Assembly (NCBI GenBank): GCA_963665665.1
Contig: OY762428.1
Location: 576,001-640,000 of the forward strand
Reading direction: 5' to 3'
Origin: Candidatus Kapaibacterium sp.
GTDB lineage: Bacteria; Bacteroidota; Ignavibacteria; Kapaibacteriales; UBA2268
Length of the DNA: 64,000 nucleotides
The position numbers were made by a program, and so were the translations under genes. Under the pieces are notes generated by a model. That model saw only the letters and a program-made list of their open reading frames with translations. It was not told the origin of the DNA and searched no databases. Shown piece by piece: positions 1-10,709 of this stretch. Each line of letters opens with the position of its first letter. Position 1 is the stretch's first letter.

Positions 1-291
1 TTTTTTCAGTTTTCCGTTTGAATGATAATATTTTGATTCTCCGATAAAATTCCTGTCTTTTTCATTATCAAAAGATTCAATCGATTGTAGTACGCTGTCC
101 TGCGATAATGATCTGACAATCGTGTATCCCGTGGCGCTATCCTTTGAGATAATTTCAATTGGTTTTGGCTTATTATAATAACTTGAATCAAGCACAATCA
201 GGCCGTCAAACTTTTTTGATTTATATCTGATTGTACTGCAGGAAGCAAGAGCTAAAATAAATAAAATTGTAATCATAAAAATTTTTCTCAT
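1..291 (-). CDS. Lipoprotein with MORN-like (YwqK-type) repeat; 3' end runs off the window and it is missing from the ORF track
   Basis: Manual translation from ATG at 291 gives MRKIFMITILFILALASC (lipobox) ... GESKYYHSNGKLKK; the frame is open to position 1. Confidence 0.75.
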   Translation of the reverse strand, partial: MRKIFMITILFILALASCSTIRYKSKKFDGLIVLDSSYYNKPKPIEIISKDSATGYTIVRSLSQDSVLQSIESFDNEKDRNFIGESKYYHSNGKLKK

Positions 292-425
292 CAGGCATCC
301 TTTTTATATAATTCCCTCATAATTCTCTCAAAAATAATAATTTCTTTAATATGAGCGTAACGAAATTATAATAATTATGTTAATCATATAAGTAATATTT
401 AGTTGAAAATCTAAGCGGAGGGTTT

Positions 426-1037
426 GTGAAGAAGATTTTTCAATTGTTAATTCTTGGATTTATTATCGAATTCCTTGCATCATGCTGTGAATGCGAGGAT
501 CCGGAATTTTACAATTTCACGCACGATAGTATTGAAATCAATGTGATTGACAATAGCGGCCCGACAGCTACTGTTGTTTTCGACGGACAGGTACCGGCAA
601 AAGCATACGGAATCAGGATGGAAGTATTAGCCGATATTGATTTTGAAGGAATTTCCTGCAGGTTTTCATTTTCCCGGAAGTTAATGGCCTTTGACTGCGA
701 CTGCCCTCCGGAAATAGATTTAGAGGCCCTGGATAGCATTACATCCATTCAGGTATTCACCACCAATCCATTCGATGACGAGCATGGCGCAGGCTCGGAT
801 GTTTCTGAATTCTTCAGGTTCACAGACGGATACGGCTTTCAGAAGCTTGATGAAGAATTCCCTACATATCCGGAAATATATTCCGACCATGTTCCGGAAA
901 AAATTCCATGCCTGTCAGGCGATCTTCTGCTGATGTTTGAACCGGATTTTCCTGGTATTCACCAATTCACTGTACAGGTCAATTTAAGTGACGGACGTAA
1001 ACTTGAGATGACAACAATAGAACTGGAGCTAATATGA
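426..1037 (+). CDS. Hypothetical lipoprotein (DUF5034-like)
   Basis: GGAGG RBS before the GTG start; LASC lipobox; CECE and CDC motifs. Confidence 0.65.
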   Translation: MKKIFQLLILGFIIEFLASCCECEDPEFYNFTHDSIEINVIDNSGPTATVVFDGQVPAKAYGIRMEVLADIDFEGISCRFSFSRKLMAFDCDCPPEIDLEALDSITSIQVFTTNPFDDEHGAGSDVSEFFRFTDGYGFQKLDEEFPTYPEIYSDHVPEKIPCLSGDLLLMFEPDFPGIHQFTVQVNLSDGRKLEMTTIELELI

Positions 1038-1804
1038 ATTTAATAGTTAAATCAATACTTCTATTATTTATAGTCTCCTTTTTTGTGCGGCCTGCTTTTA
1101 CAAATGAAAAAAAATTACCACAGAAGTACATTTCGGTAGGTTACGGATACTCTTTTACAAATAAAAAGCTGACTACAGGACAATCCACAGACCACCTGAT
1201 AAACTATAACGGGGAATCAGGGAACTTAAGATTTCCTGATCTGAGCTATTTTTTTGACGACCACTGGGGAGTATATTTTAAATTCAATATCAATTTCCCG
1301 TCCGGAAAAGAGGACGAGGCAAAGAAATTCGATCAGATTATAAACAATGCATATTCTCCGTATTTTTATGTTACTGCGGACAATATTATTGAAGATATCG
1401 ATTATCATTATTACAACGGAAATTTAGGAGCTATTTACAGAATTGAAACAGATTACATGCTGATAATGCCTTTTATCGGGATTGATATCCTTTCTATCGA
1501 CTCCCGCTACACATATTATACATTGAAAGAGAAAGACGGTAACAGGACAAGCGGGCTGCAGTTCAGAACGGATGATGATTTCAAAGATATTTATACTATT
1601 GCGCTTGGAACGACAATCGCTGTTAAAATTACAAAAAACGTATCGCTTTTTACTTCATTTGAATATACTCCAAGAGATATTGATTTGGAATACGAAAAAA
1701 ATGTAACCGATTTTATGACGGGAAACAGGATAACCACATACTATAAGTATTCTCAACTGATGCACTGCTTCAATATTAATACCGGCTTGATGATAGGATT
1801 TTGA
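1034..1804 (+). CDS. Putative outer-membrane beta-barrel protein
   Basis: Signal peptide, amphipathic strands, C-terminal Phe; ATGA overlap with the upstream gene. Confidence 0.65.
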   Translation: MNLIVKSILLLFIVSFFVRPAFTNEKKLPQKYISVGYGYSFTNKKLTTGQSTDHLINYNGESGNLRFPDLSYFFDDHWGVYFKFNINFPSGKEDEAKKFDQIINNAYSPYFYVTADNIIEDIDYHYYNGNLGAIYRIETDYMLIMPFIGIDILSIDSRYTYYTLKEKDGNRTSGLQFRTDDDFKDIYTIALGTTIAVKITKNVSLFTSFEYTPRDIDLEYEKNVTDFMTGNRITTYYKYSQLMHCFNINTGLMIGF

Positions 1805-1887
1805 AAATCGTTTCCTTCTATTTTGCTATCTGCCATGAATTATTTAAATTTACGGGTAAAATGATTGAAAATCAGGACAAAGTGGAA

Positions 1888-2850
1888 ATGAAATATATAA
1901 TTCGCATTCTTTTATTAATAATTCCGGTACTTGTTTTTGCAGGCGGGCCAAAGAAGATATCTCCGGCTGAACTAAAATCAATATCAGCAGAATTTGAAAA
2001 TGATATTATAACTATTGATTGGAAGACTGCTTCCGAAGTAAATACTGATAAATTTTTTGTTTTCAGGGCAGTTGAAACTGAACGCAGTAGAACCGAGTTT
2101 GAAAAGATTGGTGAAGTTGAAGCAGCAGGCAGCAGCATCAGCGAGAAACACTATTCTTTTGAGGACAACGGATTTACCGGAGGAAAAATCAATTTTTATA
2201 AAATCCGGATTATTGACAAAGACGGCAGTTACGCTGAAAGTAGTGAAATTGCATATCAAATCGATAATATTATCTTTGATCCGGGATATAAGTTCACTCC
2301 TGTTCTTGAAGGTAACAGGGTTAATATATCATGGGCAACAGAATACGAAACAGCTATTGACAGTTTCCTTGTAACACGGAAAATTGAGAATTATTCAGAA
2401 GAAAAAATAATTGCAAAAGTAAAGGCCAAAGGAAATTCCGCTGAATCTGAATTTTACGGAAACTATGTTGATGAGCACCTGGCAGCGAATAAGATACATG
2501 ATTACAGGCTGTATGCAATAATGGATAAGGGGCAGGTAAGACTTCTTGAAATTGAATCGATAAACTATATTACTTCCGTTTCAGATTTTGATTATGATCT
2601 GAGTTCTTATGTTTATCCAAACCCTTTTACTTCTAATGCCATTATCAAACTTCCGTCAGGGCTTGCTAATGATATAACATTTCAAATGTTCGACATTTCC
2701 GGTAACCTTGTAAAAAAAGTCAATTTTTCCGATGCTGAAAGCAGAACAGAAATCGGCATTGATTCTTACGGGCTGGGTTCCGGAATTTACTATTATCTTA
2801 TCAGTTCCGGTTCTGTTTCGTCAAAAGGAATTATTACTATTCTGAAATAA
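1888..2850 (+). CDS. T9SS type A sorting-domain protein with two Ig/FN3-like repeats (start uncertain, 1801-1888)
   Basis: W-x-T-x-x-E repeats; C-terminal domain VYPNPF...FDISGNLV...GIYY. Confidence 0.8.
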   Translation: MKYIIRILLLIIPVLVFAGGPKKISPAELKSISAEFENDIITIDWKTASEVNTDKFFVFRAVETERSRTEFEKIGEVEAAGSSISEKHYSFEDNGFTGGKINFYKIRIIDKDGSYAESSEIAYQIDNIIFDPGYKFTPVLEGNRVNISWATEYETAIDSFLVTRKIENYSEEKIIAKVKAKGNSAESEFYGNYVDEHLAANKIHDYRLYAIMDKGQVRLLEIESINYITSVSDFDYDLSSYVYPNPFTSNAIIKLPSGLANDITFQMFDISGNLVKKVNFSDAESRTEIGIDSYGLGSGIYYYLISSGSVSSKGIITILK

Positions 2851-2874
2851 TAGCAGCAATTATTTAAGATCAAT

Positions 2875-2905
2875 GGCTGTTCCATTCCCGGGAACAGCTT
2901 TTTTT
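2875..2905 (+). terminator. Intrinsic terminator
   Basis: gctgttcc...ggaacagc followed by a T run. Confidence 0.8.
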
Positions 2906-3022
2906 CACAGATATCCTATTGTGATTATCAAATCTTCTTTCCCTTAAAATGCTTGCCTCTTCGTCTTTAATATCGTTTTTAGGATTATATAATAATAATA
3001 TTTGATATGATGAAAGTATGAT

Positions 3023-4396
3023 ATGGTATTAATAGATATTACTGGGGAAATAATTGAACTTTACATTGAAATGGCATCCTACATACTAATAGGGCTTCTC
3101 TTTGTTGGACTGCTGCATATTACTATTACTAAAGATATGGTGTTGAAGCATATAGGAAATAAGAACATCTGGTCTGTTATAAAAGCTTCTTTACTCGGAG
3201 TGCCGCTGCCTCTTTGCTCTTGCGGAGTTATACCAACATCTGTTTACATGTCCAACAACGGTGCTTCTAAAGGTTCTGTAGTTTCATTTCTTATTTCAAC
3301 ACCCCAGACAGGAATTGACAGCATAATAGCAACTTATGGTATGATGGGATGGGTATTTGCTATTTTCAGGCCAATTGCCGCATTTATAATGGGGATTGCA
3401 GGCGGAACGGTAGTAAATTTCATGGACAGAAGTGAATCGGCTCACAAGAAAACCGGACAGAAGACATCACCGGATAATACTGTTGTTCCGGGTGGCCTGC
3501 AGATATATCGGCCTGCCACAGGAAACAGTACACCAGCCAGGCAGGATACAGAATCATCTGAAAGCTGTGATGACGGCGGCGGCTGTGGAAGTGAAGATAA
3601 ACCTGATCAGGGCAAACTAAGGAAGATGTTCAATTATTCATTCGTTGAATTTTTGGATGATATTTCAGTACATTTTCTTGTAGGTCTGATAATTTCCGGG
3701 CTGATAGCATATTTTGTCCCGGCAGGATTTTTTGATAATTCTACTTTCAGCAACGGTATAGTCGGAATGCTTCTAATGATTGCTATCGGAATTCCTATGT
3801 ACGTGTGCGCCACAGCTTCGATACCAATTGCAGTTACTTTGATACTTAAGGGTTTCTCACCAGGCCTGGCGTTCGTATTCCTGGCAGTTGGGCCGGCAAC
3901 AAATGCAGCGAGTTTCACTATAATTACCAAAGCTCTCGGCAAGAAATTAGCATTTGTATATCTTGGCGTTATCTCAATTCTTGCAATAGTTTTCGGATAT
4001 GTTCTGGACTGGTTATTTTCGATTATAAATATTGATTTACAAAGTATGATGGTAAAGTCCCAGGAACACAGCCTTATCTCTGAAGAGATAAAAATCGGGT
4101 TATCATTATTATTCCTCGTATTTTTACTATTGTCGTTATACAGGAAACTTTTAAGGAACAGATTCTCGGGAAACAATAAGGAAGAGACAAAAATGGAAGA
4201 CACAAAAACATATATTATTGAAGGTATGAGTTGCAATCATTGTGCAATGACTGTTCAAAACGCTATTGAAAAAGTGAAAGGCGTATTGGAAGTTAAAGTT
4301 GATGCCGGAAGCAAAAAAGCCGAGATAAAAGGCAACTTCAGCACAAAAGAAATTGCGTCTGCAGTTAAATCAGCCGGATATACCCTGGTATTGTAA
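3023..4396 (+). CDS. SO_0444-family heavy-metal (Cu/Zn) permease with C-terminal HMA domain
   Basis: GVPLPLCSCGVIP and PMYVCATASIP motifs; C-terminal GMSCNHC. Confidence 0.9.
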   Translation: MVLIDITGEIIELYIEMASYILIGLLFVGLLHITITKDMVLKHIGNKNIWSVIKASLLGVPLPLCSCGVIPTSVYMSNNGASKGSVVSFLISTPQTGIDSIIATYGMMGWVFAIFRPIAAFIMGIAGGTVVNFMDRSESAHKKTGQKTSPDNTVVPGGLQIYRPATGNSTPARQDTESSESCDDGGGCGSEDKPDQGKLRKMFNYSFVEFLDDISVHFLVGLIISGLIAYFVPAGFFDNSTFSNGIVGMLLMIAIGIPMYVCATASIPIAVTLILKGFSPGLAFVFLAVGPATNAASFTIITKALGKKLAFVYLGVISILAIVFGYVLDWLFSIINIDLQSMMVKSQEHSLISEEIKIGLSLLFLVFLLLSLYRKLLRNRFSGNNKEETKMEDTKTYIIEGMSCNHCAMTVQNAIEKVKGVLEVKVDAGSKKAEIKGNFSTKEIASAVKSAGYTLVL

Positions 4397-4597
4397 TAGA
4401 TAATAACAGGTTTTCCGGAAACTTATTAAATATTCTGCTTTTGTTGTTGTCCGGGAAAGTAGTTTCTTGAATAAACAAACGGTAATTTTGGGTCTGCAAG
4501 TCTGAATTATCGGAATTGGATAAATTCATATTGCTTATCCCCCGGAAATTTGAGACTCACAAATAAAATTCTTAAATTGAATTTTATTAATTTTCGT

Positions 4598-5137
4598 ATG
4601 GAAAAAATGAAATCAATCTGGACAGTATCAAATTTAATTAGCGTATTCAGGGCTGTTCTTGCTATTCCCTTTGCCTACGTTTTGTGGTATGATCACAAAA
4701 CTGCCGCCGTAATTCTGGCCTTCCTGGCATATTTTTCCGATCTTGCCGACGGCTATATAGCAAGAAAAATGAACCAGGTATCCGAATGGGGCAAAATTTT
4801 CGATCCCATAGCAGATAAAATCTTCGTGGGTGTTGGTACTTTGCTGTTCTTTCTGAAAGGAATTATTCCGCCCTGGTTTGCTGCGACCATTCTCGCGCGT
4901 GACCTGATAATCATGGCCGGGGGAATATATACCAGCAAAAAGCTGAACTTCGTACTTCCTTCCAACTATACCGGAAAAGTAACTGTCGGCCTGATAGGGC
5001 TGGTAATGGTGGCTGTATACCTGGGGTGTACATTCATGGAAAAATACGGTTTTATTGCAGTAACTGTGGCAATGGTTATTTCGCTGCTCCATTATACCGT
5101 CAGAGCCATAAAAGAGTTAAAAAAAGCCGGCAAATGA
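4598..5137 (+). CDS. CDP-alcohol phosphatidyltransferase (PgsA-like)
   Basis: DLADGYIARKMNQVSEWGKIFDPIADK signature. Confidence 0.9.
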   Translation: MEKMKSIWTVSNLISVFRAVLAIPFAYVLWYDHKTAAVILAFLAYFSDLADGYIARKMNQVSEWGKIFDPIADKIFVGVGTLLFFLKGIIPPWFAATILARDLIIMAGGIYTSKKLNFVLPSNYTGKVTVGLIGLVMVAVYLGCTFMEKYGFIAVTVAMVISLLHYTVRAIKELKKAGK

Positions 5138-5242
5138 TAATTATCATAAAATGCTGTTTTTAAACGCGTTTTTTAGCTATTTTTGTAAGCTGAAAAAATT
5201 AGCAGCTTAAATGTATATAATATAAATATTAAGTGATTAGAT

Positions 5243-6262
5243 ATGGGATTTTTTAAGAAGTTAAAAGAAAAAGTTTCCGAGGTTGTTCAGCAAACCGGCG
5301 ATGCCCTGAAATTTGATAAACTGAAAGAAGGCCTGAAGAAAACCAGGGAAAGTTTTGTTGATAATATCAAAGCTGTTCTCGGAGCCGGCCGTAAAATTGA
5401 CGAGGACCTGCTGAACGAGATTGAAGAGGTACTGATTACTTCTGATATCGGCGTTAATACCACAGACCTGCTGATGGATAAAATCCGAACGAGGGTAAAA
5501 AAAGAAGGTTATGAAAAAGGCGAGGAAGTATTCGACCTGCTAAAAGACGAAATTCATAATCTCCTGCTGAAATCTCCGTCAGCCGAAAATGATGCTGCCT
5601 ACTCTGTTGACGATAGCAATAAACCACACGTGATTCTTGTTATCGGCGTGAACGGCGTTGGCAAAACCACAACAATCGGTAAACTTGCCCACAACTATAA
5701 AAATGCCGGCAAGGACGTAATAATCGGGGCAGCAGATACGTTCCGTGCCGCCGCGAACGAGCAGCTTGACGTATGGGCTGAACGGGCAGGTGTTGATATT
5801 GTCCATCAGAATCCCGGGGCGGACCCTTCATCGGTGGTTTACGTAACTATTGAATCGGCTATTAAGAAAAATAAAGATGTTGTGATTATTGATACTGCCG
5901 GCAGGCTGCATAATAAATTTAACCTGATGAAGGAATTGGAAAAGATGGCAAGAGTGATGAAAAAGCTCAAAGCCGAAGCTCCCGACGAAGTTTTCCTGGT
6001 ACTTGACGCTACCACGGGACAAAATGCCATTCAGCAGGCTAAGGAATTTATGAAAACAGCGCCTATCACCGGTATCGTTCTTACCAAGCTTGACGGAACT
6101 GCCAAAGGCGGTGTGGTAATTCCGATAGCAGCCGAGCTGAAAATACCTGTACGCTATATTGGCGTGGGCGAGAAAATTGACAACCTGCAGGTATTCGATC
6201 CGGAAAAATTTGTAGTTGCTTTGTTCGATAGTGGCAACGGCGATGAAGAAACTGCTGAGTAA
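5243..6262 (+). CDS. ftsY: Signal recognition particle receptor FtsY
   Basis: GVNGVGKTTT, DTFRAAA, DTAGR and TKLDGTAKGG motifs. Confidence 0.98.
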   Translation: MGFFKKLKEKVSEVVQQTGDALKFDKLKEGLKKTRESFVDNIKAVLGAGRKIDEDLLNEIEEVLITSDIGVNTTDLLMDKIRTRVKKEGYEKGEEVFDLLKDEIHNLLLKSPSAENDAAYSVDDSNKPHVILVIGVNGVGKTTTIGKLAHNYKNAGKDVIIGAADTFRAAANEQLDVWAERAGVDIVHQNPGADPSSVVYVTIESAIKKNKDVVIIDTAGRLHNKFNLMKELEKMARVMKKLKAEAPDEVFLVLDATTGQNAIQQAKEFMKTAPITGIVLTKLDGTAKGGVVIPIAAELKIPVRYIGVGEKIDNLQVFDPEKFVVALFDSGNGDEETAE

Positions 6263-6282
6263 ATGGCTTTATAAAAATAATT

Positions 6283-6323
6283 AAACTCGTCCTGATAAAT
6301 AAAACTTCGGGACGAGTTTTTTT
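6283..6323 (+). terminator. Intrinsic terminator after ftsY
   Basis: aaactcgtcc...ggacgagttt followed by a T run. Confidence 0.8.
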
Positions 6324-6447
6324 GTTAAAAAATGTAAACTTTTAATATAATATTCTCAGGTGACTTTTGTCGCAATTTTACAATTTTATAAATTGGTCAA
6401 ATCATATTTTTGCATTGTAATATTTTTTTCAACAACAGGATAATACA

Positions 6448-6807
6448 ATGACAAAACTTATCGCATGGGTTGATATCCCAACAGAAAATTTTGAAAGGGC
6501 TGTTGAATTTTACAGTAGAATTCTCAAAATTGAATTGAAAGGTATTGATTACGGACATGAGAAAATGGCCTGCTTTCCTGGAGGTGAAGGAGCAATTTCT
6601 TATTCACCTGACTATAAACCAGGAAAAGACGGCGTTTTAGTAAGTTTTAATACTGGAAATGATCTTGATGGGGTGATAGAAAGAGTTGAGGCAAATAATG
6701 GAACGATATTTCAGCCAAAAACAAGGATTGATGCAGACGAACTCGGCTATTTTGCTGTTTTCATTGACCCGGAAGGGAACAAAGTAGGTTTATACGGTGA
6801 TAATTAG
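6448..6807 (+). CDS. VOC (glyoxalase/bleomycin resistance) family protein
   Basis: WVDIP...RAVEFY...GYFAVFIDPEGNKVGL. Confidence 0.92.
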   Translation: MTKLIAWVDIPTENFERAVEFYSRILKIELKGIDYGHEKMACFPGGEGAISYSPDYKPGKDGVLVSFNTGNDLDGVIERVEANNGTIFQPKTRIDADELGYFAVFIDPEGNKVGLYGDN

Positions 6808-6888
6808 TAAATTGATTTATCGTTATGGTTTAGCCCTGCTAAACCATAACTGAGTTATTAAAATTTTGTAAATAGATATTCAGTAAAT

Positions 6889-7698
6889 ATGAAATATTTT
6901 ACAGCCAGACCAACGGGAATATTATCAAATTTTATCAAGCAATACTGGTCAATCGAGAATTGTAATCCGGGTATTGAAGGACATATTAACAGAATTATTC
7001 CCAACGGCCTATTTGAACTGATATTCTATCTTGGTGATAAACCCGTTTCGCTTGATGAAAACCGCAGTATTGTAACAAATTCTGTTATTACCGGACAGCT
7101 GGCCGGATACTATGATATCAAAGTATCCGGAAAATTATCGATCTTTTCAATTCAGTTTAAGCCGCACGGTTTATCAATGTTTCTGGATATTCCTTTGAAT
7201 GAGTTCATCAATCAAAATATCCCATTAAATTTTATTTTTAAATACGAGGCAAATAAACTTGAAAACAGATTGTTCGAAGCAGAATCATTTGAAAAAAGAG
7301 TAATAATTATTGAAAGCTTTTTTCTTTCATTTATTCGAAAAAAGCACCTGAAACAGAATTTTGACAGGATTAACGAGTGTATAAAGTTAATTACACTATC
7401 GAAGGGTACATTGGATATTACTACACTGGCATCCGAAACCTGTTTCAGCCGCAAGCAATTCGAAAGAACTTTTTCCGATTTCATTGGTACTTCTCCAAAG
7501 CAATTTCTGAAAATTGTTCGTTTTCAAAATGCCATAAACGAGAAATCAAAAGATAAAAACCTGAAAATGACCAGCCTCACATATAAATGCGGTTATTATG
7601 ACCAGTCCCACATGATAAATGAGTTTAAAAAATTTACAGGAATGTCTCCCAAAAAATTCTTTGGTGATTGTGATACATCATCAGATTATTTCCTTTGA
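6889..7698 (+). CDS. AraC-family transcriptional regulator (DUF6597 N-terminus)
   Basis: SRKQFERTF...IGTSPK...GYYDQSHMINEFKKFTGMSP. Confidence 0.93.
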   Translation: MKYFTARPTGILSNFIKQYWSIENCNPGIEGHINRIIPNGLFELIFYLGDKPVSLDENRSIVTNSVITGQLAGYYDIKVSGKLSIFSIQFKPHGLSMFLDIPLNEFINQNIPLNFIFKYEANKLENRLFEAESFEKRVIIIESFFLSFIRKKHLKQNFDRINECIKLITLSKGTLDITTLASETCFSRKQFERTFSDFIGTSPKQFLKIVRFQNAINEKSKDKNLKMTSLTYKCGYYDQSHMINEFKKFTGMSPKKFFGDCDTSSDYFL

Positions 7699-7808
7699 TC
7701 TTAATTTTAGTTATCCAGGCTACATCCTCTTGTTTTCAATTTTAATTAACATTTTCAGCCACAAAACAAAAGAGGAAGTATTCTTGATATTTTCTCTTTT
7801 GTTTTATA

Positions 7809-8387
7809 TTAATTGTCAATTAACTTCTTTTCAATACTTCCATCATCGTACAAATATATCGCCGGTATCGATTTAGTATCAAGTGGTAATTCCCTGCCAT
7901 ACATATCAAAGACCTTTATCAACATTCTGTTTTCGTTGCTGAATTTTTCTCCAACAGACGTAATCGATCTTGAAAGAATTAATTTTTGGGCATCAGGATT
8001 TGGTTCAGGATCATTCCAAAAATTGTAATGTAATTCAAACATATCACCTGTAAAATCAACAATATCGTAGTAAAAATGCTGATATGATCTTCTTCCGGCA
8101 TATACTACACTCAAATACTGAAAATGCAATCGATTATTCTCGTAATCAATATCCCATGTTTGAGTATTTGGATAGATTGAAGGCATCAGTCTTCCTGACG
8201 TTTCTTCATATGTCCCGTCAGGATATAGTGTTATTTCAATATCCTCACGGTAATACTGCCACTCACTCTCAATTGTACCGTACCACTTTCCGGTGAAGTC
8301 CTCCGGGCTGAAATTCTGTGCTAAAAGATCATATTTAGCTATCAAAAAAAACGTTATCACAAAAAATATGTTAAATGCTTTTTTCAT
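7809..8387 (-). CDS. Secreted hypothetical protein with short T9SS-like C-terminal tail
   Basis: Signal peptide; C-terminal LIKVFDMYGRE...YLYDDGSIEKK. Confidence 0.7.
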   Translation of the reverse strand: MKKAFNIFFVITFFLIAKYDLLAQNFSPEDFTGKWYGTIESEWQYYREDIEITLYPDGTYEETSGRLMPSIYPNTQTWDIDYENNRLHFQYLSVVYAGRRSYQHFYYDIVDFTGDMFELHYNFWNDPEPNPDAQKLILSRSITSVGEKFSNENRMLIKVFDMYGRELPLDTKSIPAIYLYDDGSIEKKLIDN

Positions 8388-8513
8388 TTCTTAGATATTC
8401 CTAATTATTATATTTGTTATTACTAATAATAAAAACGTATCGTAATAACTTCTATTGCCAAATTAATATTTCAACAATAGTAAACAATTAGTTTTGATGA
8501 TTTGTTTTAATAA

Positions 8514-10694
8514 TCAGATATAGGCTTCTTTAATTTTTTCATTTTCCTCACGAACAATATTCCTTAGGTTTTCTATGCGGGTCTTCAGCTCATTAACTTT
8601 AGATTCAGCAGAATCATGCTCTGACTTTAACGTTCGCATTTTTTCGAGCATATCATTCATATCAATATTTAACTCTGTTATATTTGATTGGGTTTTATCA
8701 AGATTTTTCAATTCTTTATTAAAATCCATTCTTCTTTTAATAAACCTCCCGCTGTTTAGAGCTAACAAACCAGTAATTATCAGCAATATAATTCCAACCG
8801 CACTGCCTGAAAATCCATCAGCAAAATAAGTAATAAGGAAAACAATAAGAGTCGCTGAAATATTTATTAAAATAGGTTTTAAAGCGGTATTTTCAAGAGT
8901 TTCGTTCTTACGATTCCTAAGTGCAATTAGAACCTCTTCATTTTCAAGATACTGTTTCCTGATATTTTCATAGTCCTCCGCTTTTGTTTTCAGTGAGGCT
9001 TCAAGTTCTCTTTTGGTTTTTATTTGTCCGGTAAGTTCTTCTTCACTTAATTTTATCTTTTCCCTAATCTCATTCCGCCTTCTTTTCCAAAATTCCTCTA
9101 CACTGCTTCTAAGGTCATTAAAATAATCACTGTTATAAAGTTTAAAATATTCCCTGACAGATTCTCTGAATCTGTCTGCAAGAGCAATCGTAAATTTATT
9201 TCGTTGGAATAAGTCCGGTTTTTTGGTAACCAGATCATTAATTATATCAATTTTCTCCGGGACAATATACTTAATAGCAGAATTAACATCGAATGACCTG
9301 AAAATTGATATAACAAATAATGCTTCAATCTCTTTAGCTGTATATGAAGCAAGAAGTTGCGCTCCGGAATGAATTATTGCAGCCATTTTATCAAGCTGAC
9401 GGTAAGCAGCAGAAGCTTCAAAACGGAGAGCCTCCCTGATAAAATGCGATATTTCGGGAATTATCTGTACTCTTCCGTCGCTGCCTTCAATTATTTCGGC
9501 ATATTCAGGTGCATTCAGGAAAAAATTATACGCTTCAGCATAAAATTCCTTCAGAAGAGGCATACATTTCAGATCCTGAAGGTCGAAATCACCAAGGAAG
9601 GAAGCAGACATAAGCCAGTCCCGCTGATATTCCGGCAGATATTTCATAATCATGTCGGCAGCCTGCTGAAAGACTGATTTATCACCGTTGGTATTCTCAT
9701 GCCCGCCAACCCTCTGGATATCAATCCACAATTCAACCAGATAAGGAATACCTCTGGTAAGCCTGTAAATCATTTCCAGATCAAAATCTTTTCCCGGGAG
9801 CATTTCTTCAATAATCTCTTTCAGGTCATGCTTTTTGAAAGGGGCAAAATCAATTGAATACCTTCTTTTAAAAATATCAATATTTTTTACCGATAAAATT
9901 TCTTCAAGAGTTCTTTCTCTGGATGAAACGATAAACCTGAAATCAAACAGATCAACTACCCTCAGCCCAGCCGGGGCTGATGACATATCATAGAAATTAA
10001 AATCGCGGAGCTTCGCAGAATAATAATATCCTGCAAAAATTTCGGTAAGCCATTCGGATAAAGAACCGGTAATCTCATCAGAATTATCGATAATAAACAA
10101 TATCTTCAATGGTTTTTCCGGTTTCTCGAAATCATCCGGGTCAGCGATAGAAGGATAAAACCCCGTTATCAGGTCAATAATAAATGATTCAGCGCAAATT
10201 TTCCCATTCTGAAGCAATAGGGGCAACCGTTTATCATTAGGGAAATTTTCTTTAGCTAAATTTTCATAATGATTTTTATCAGGTTCAAAAAGCCTTAACT
10301 CGGGAGTAGATTTTAAATACAGATTATCAAGAATTAATTCATGAAATTCAAAGTTTTTTACTTTTGATTCAGGAATTATTTTATCAATATTCTCTTTGTT
10401 CGATATAGTCTCGGCAAAAATTAAATTTTTATTTTTATCAGGAACAATTTTCTGGTCAGCTATCTTGCAGAGCATATCGGGAAGGAACCTGATATCGTGA
10501 GCTGCATTTAATGGCAGAATTAAATCAAAATCACTATTCCTTACTACTGTATCTGCAATTCTGCGAACAAATGAAGTCTTGCCGGTACCAAATATTCCAC
10601 TTATCAAAAAGAACAAATTGGCAGCACCATCACCAGAAGGCATTGCCAAATTTTCACTAACTACCCTGACAAGGTCATTCTGACCGTTATCCAT
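8514..10694 (-). CDS. P-loop NTPase-domain protein with C-terminal coiled coils and two TM helices
   Basis: Walker A GIFGTGKT, possible Walker B ILFIIDN, long heptad stretches, hydrophobic pair near the C-terminus. Confidence 0.7.
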   Translation of the reverse strand: MDNGQNDLVRVVSENLAMPSGDGAANLFFLISGIFGTGKTSFVRRIADTVVRNSDFDLILPLNAAHDIRFLPDMLCKIADQKIVPDKNKNLIFAETISNKENIDKIIPESKVKNFEFHELILDNLYLKSTPELRLFEPDKNHYENLAKENFPNDKRLPLLLQNGKICAESFIIDLITGFYPSIADPDDFEKPEKPLKILFIIDNSDEITGSLSEWLTEIFAGYYYSAKLRDFNFYDMSSAPAGLRVVDLFDFRFIVSSRERTLEEILSVKNIDIFKRRYSIDFAPFKKHDLKEIIEEMLPGKDFDLEMIYRLTRGIPYLVELWIDIQRVGGHENTNGDKSVFQQAADMIMKYLPEYQRDWLMSASFLGDFDLQDLKCMPLLKEFYAEAYNFFLNAPEYAEIIEGSDGRVQIIPEISHFIREALRFEASAAYRQLDKMAAIIHSGAQLLASYTAKEIEALFVISIFRSFDVNSAIKYIVPEKIDIINDLVTKKPDLFQRNKFTIALADRFRESVREYFKLYNSDYFNDLRSSVEEFWKRRRNEIREKIKLSEEELTGQIKTKRELEASLKTKAEDYENIRKQYLENEEVLIALRNRKNETLENTALKPILINISATLIVFLITYFADGFSGSAVGIILLIITGLLALNSGRFIKRRMDFNKELKNLDKTQSNITELNIDMNDMLEKMRTLKSEHDSAESKVNELKTRIENLRNIVREENEKIKEAYI

Positions 10695-10709
10695 TAAACC
10701 CCCATAAAA

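Noticed and set aside
6-197. 63-aa minus-strand ORF in the track
   Set aside because: Wrong frame; the lipoprotein starting at 291 is the better call.
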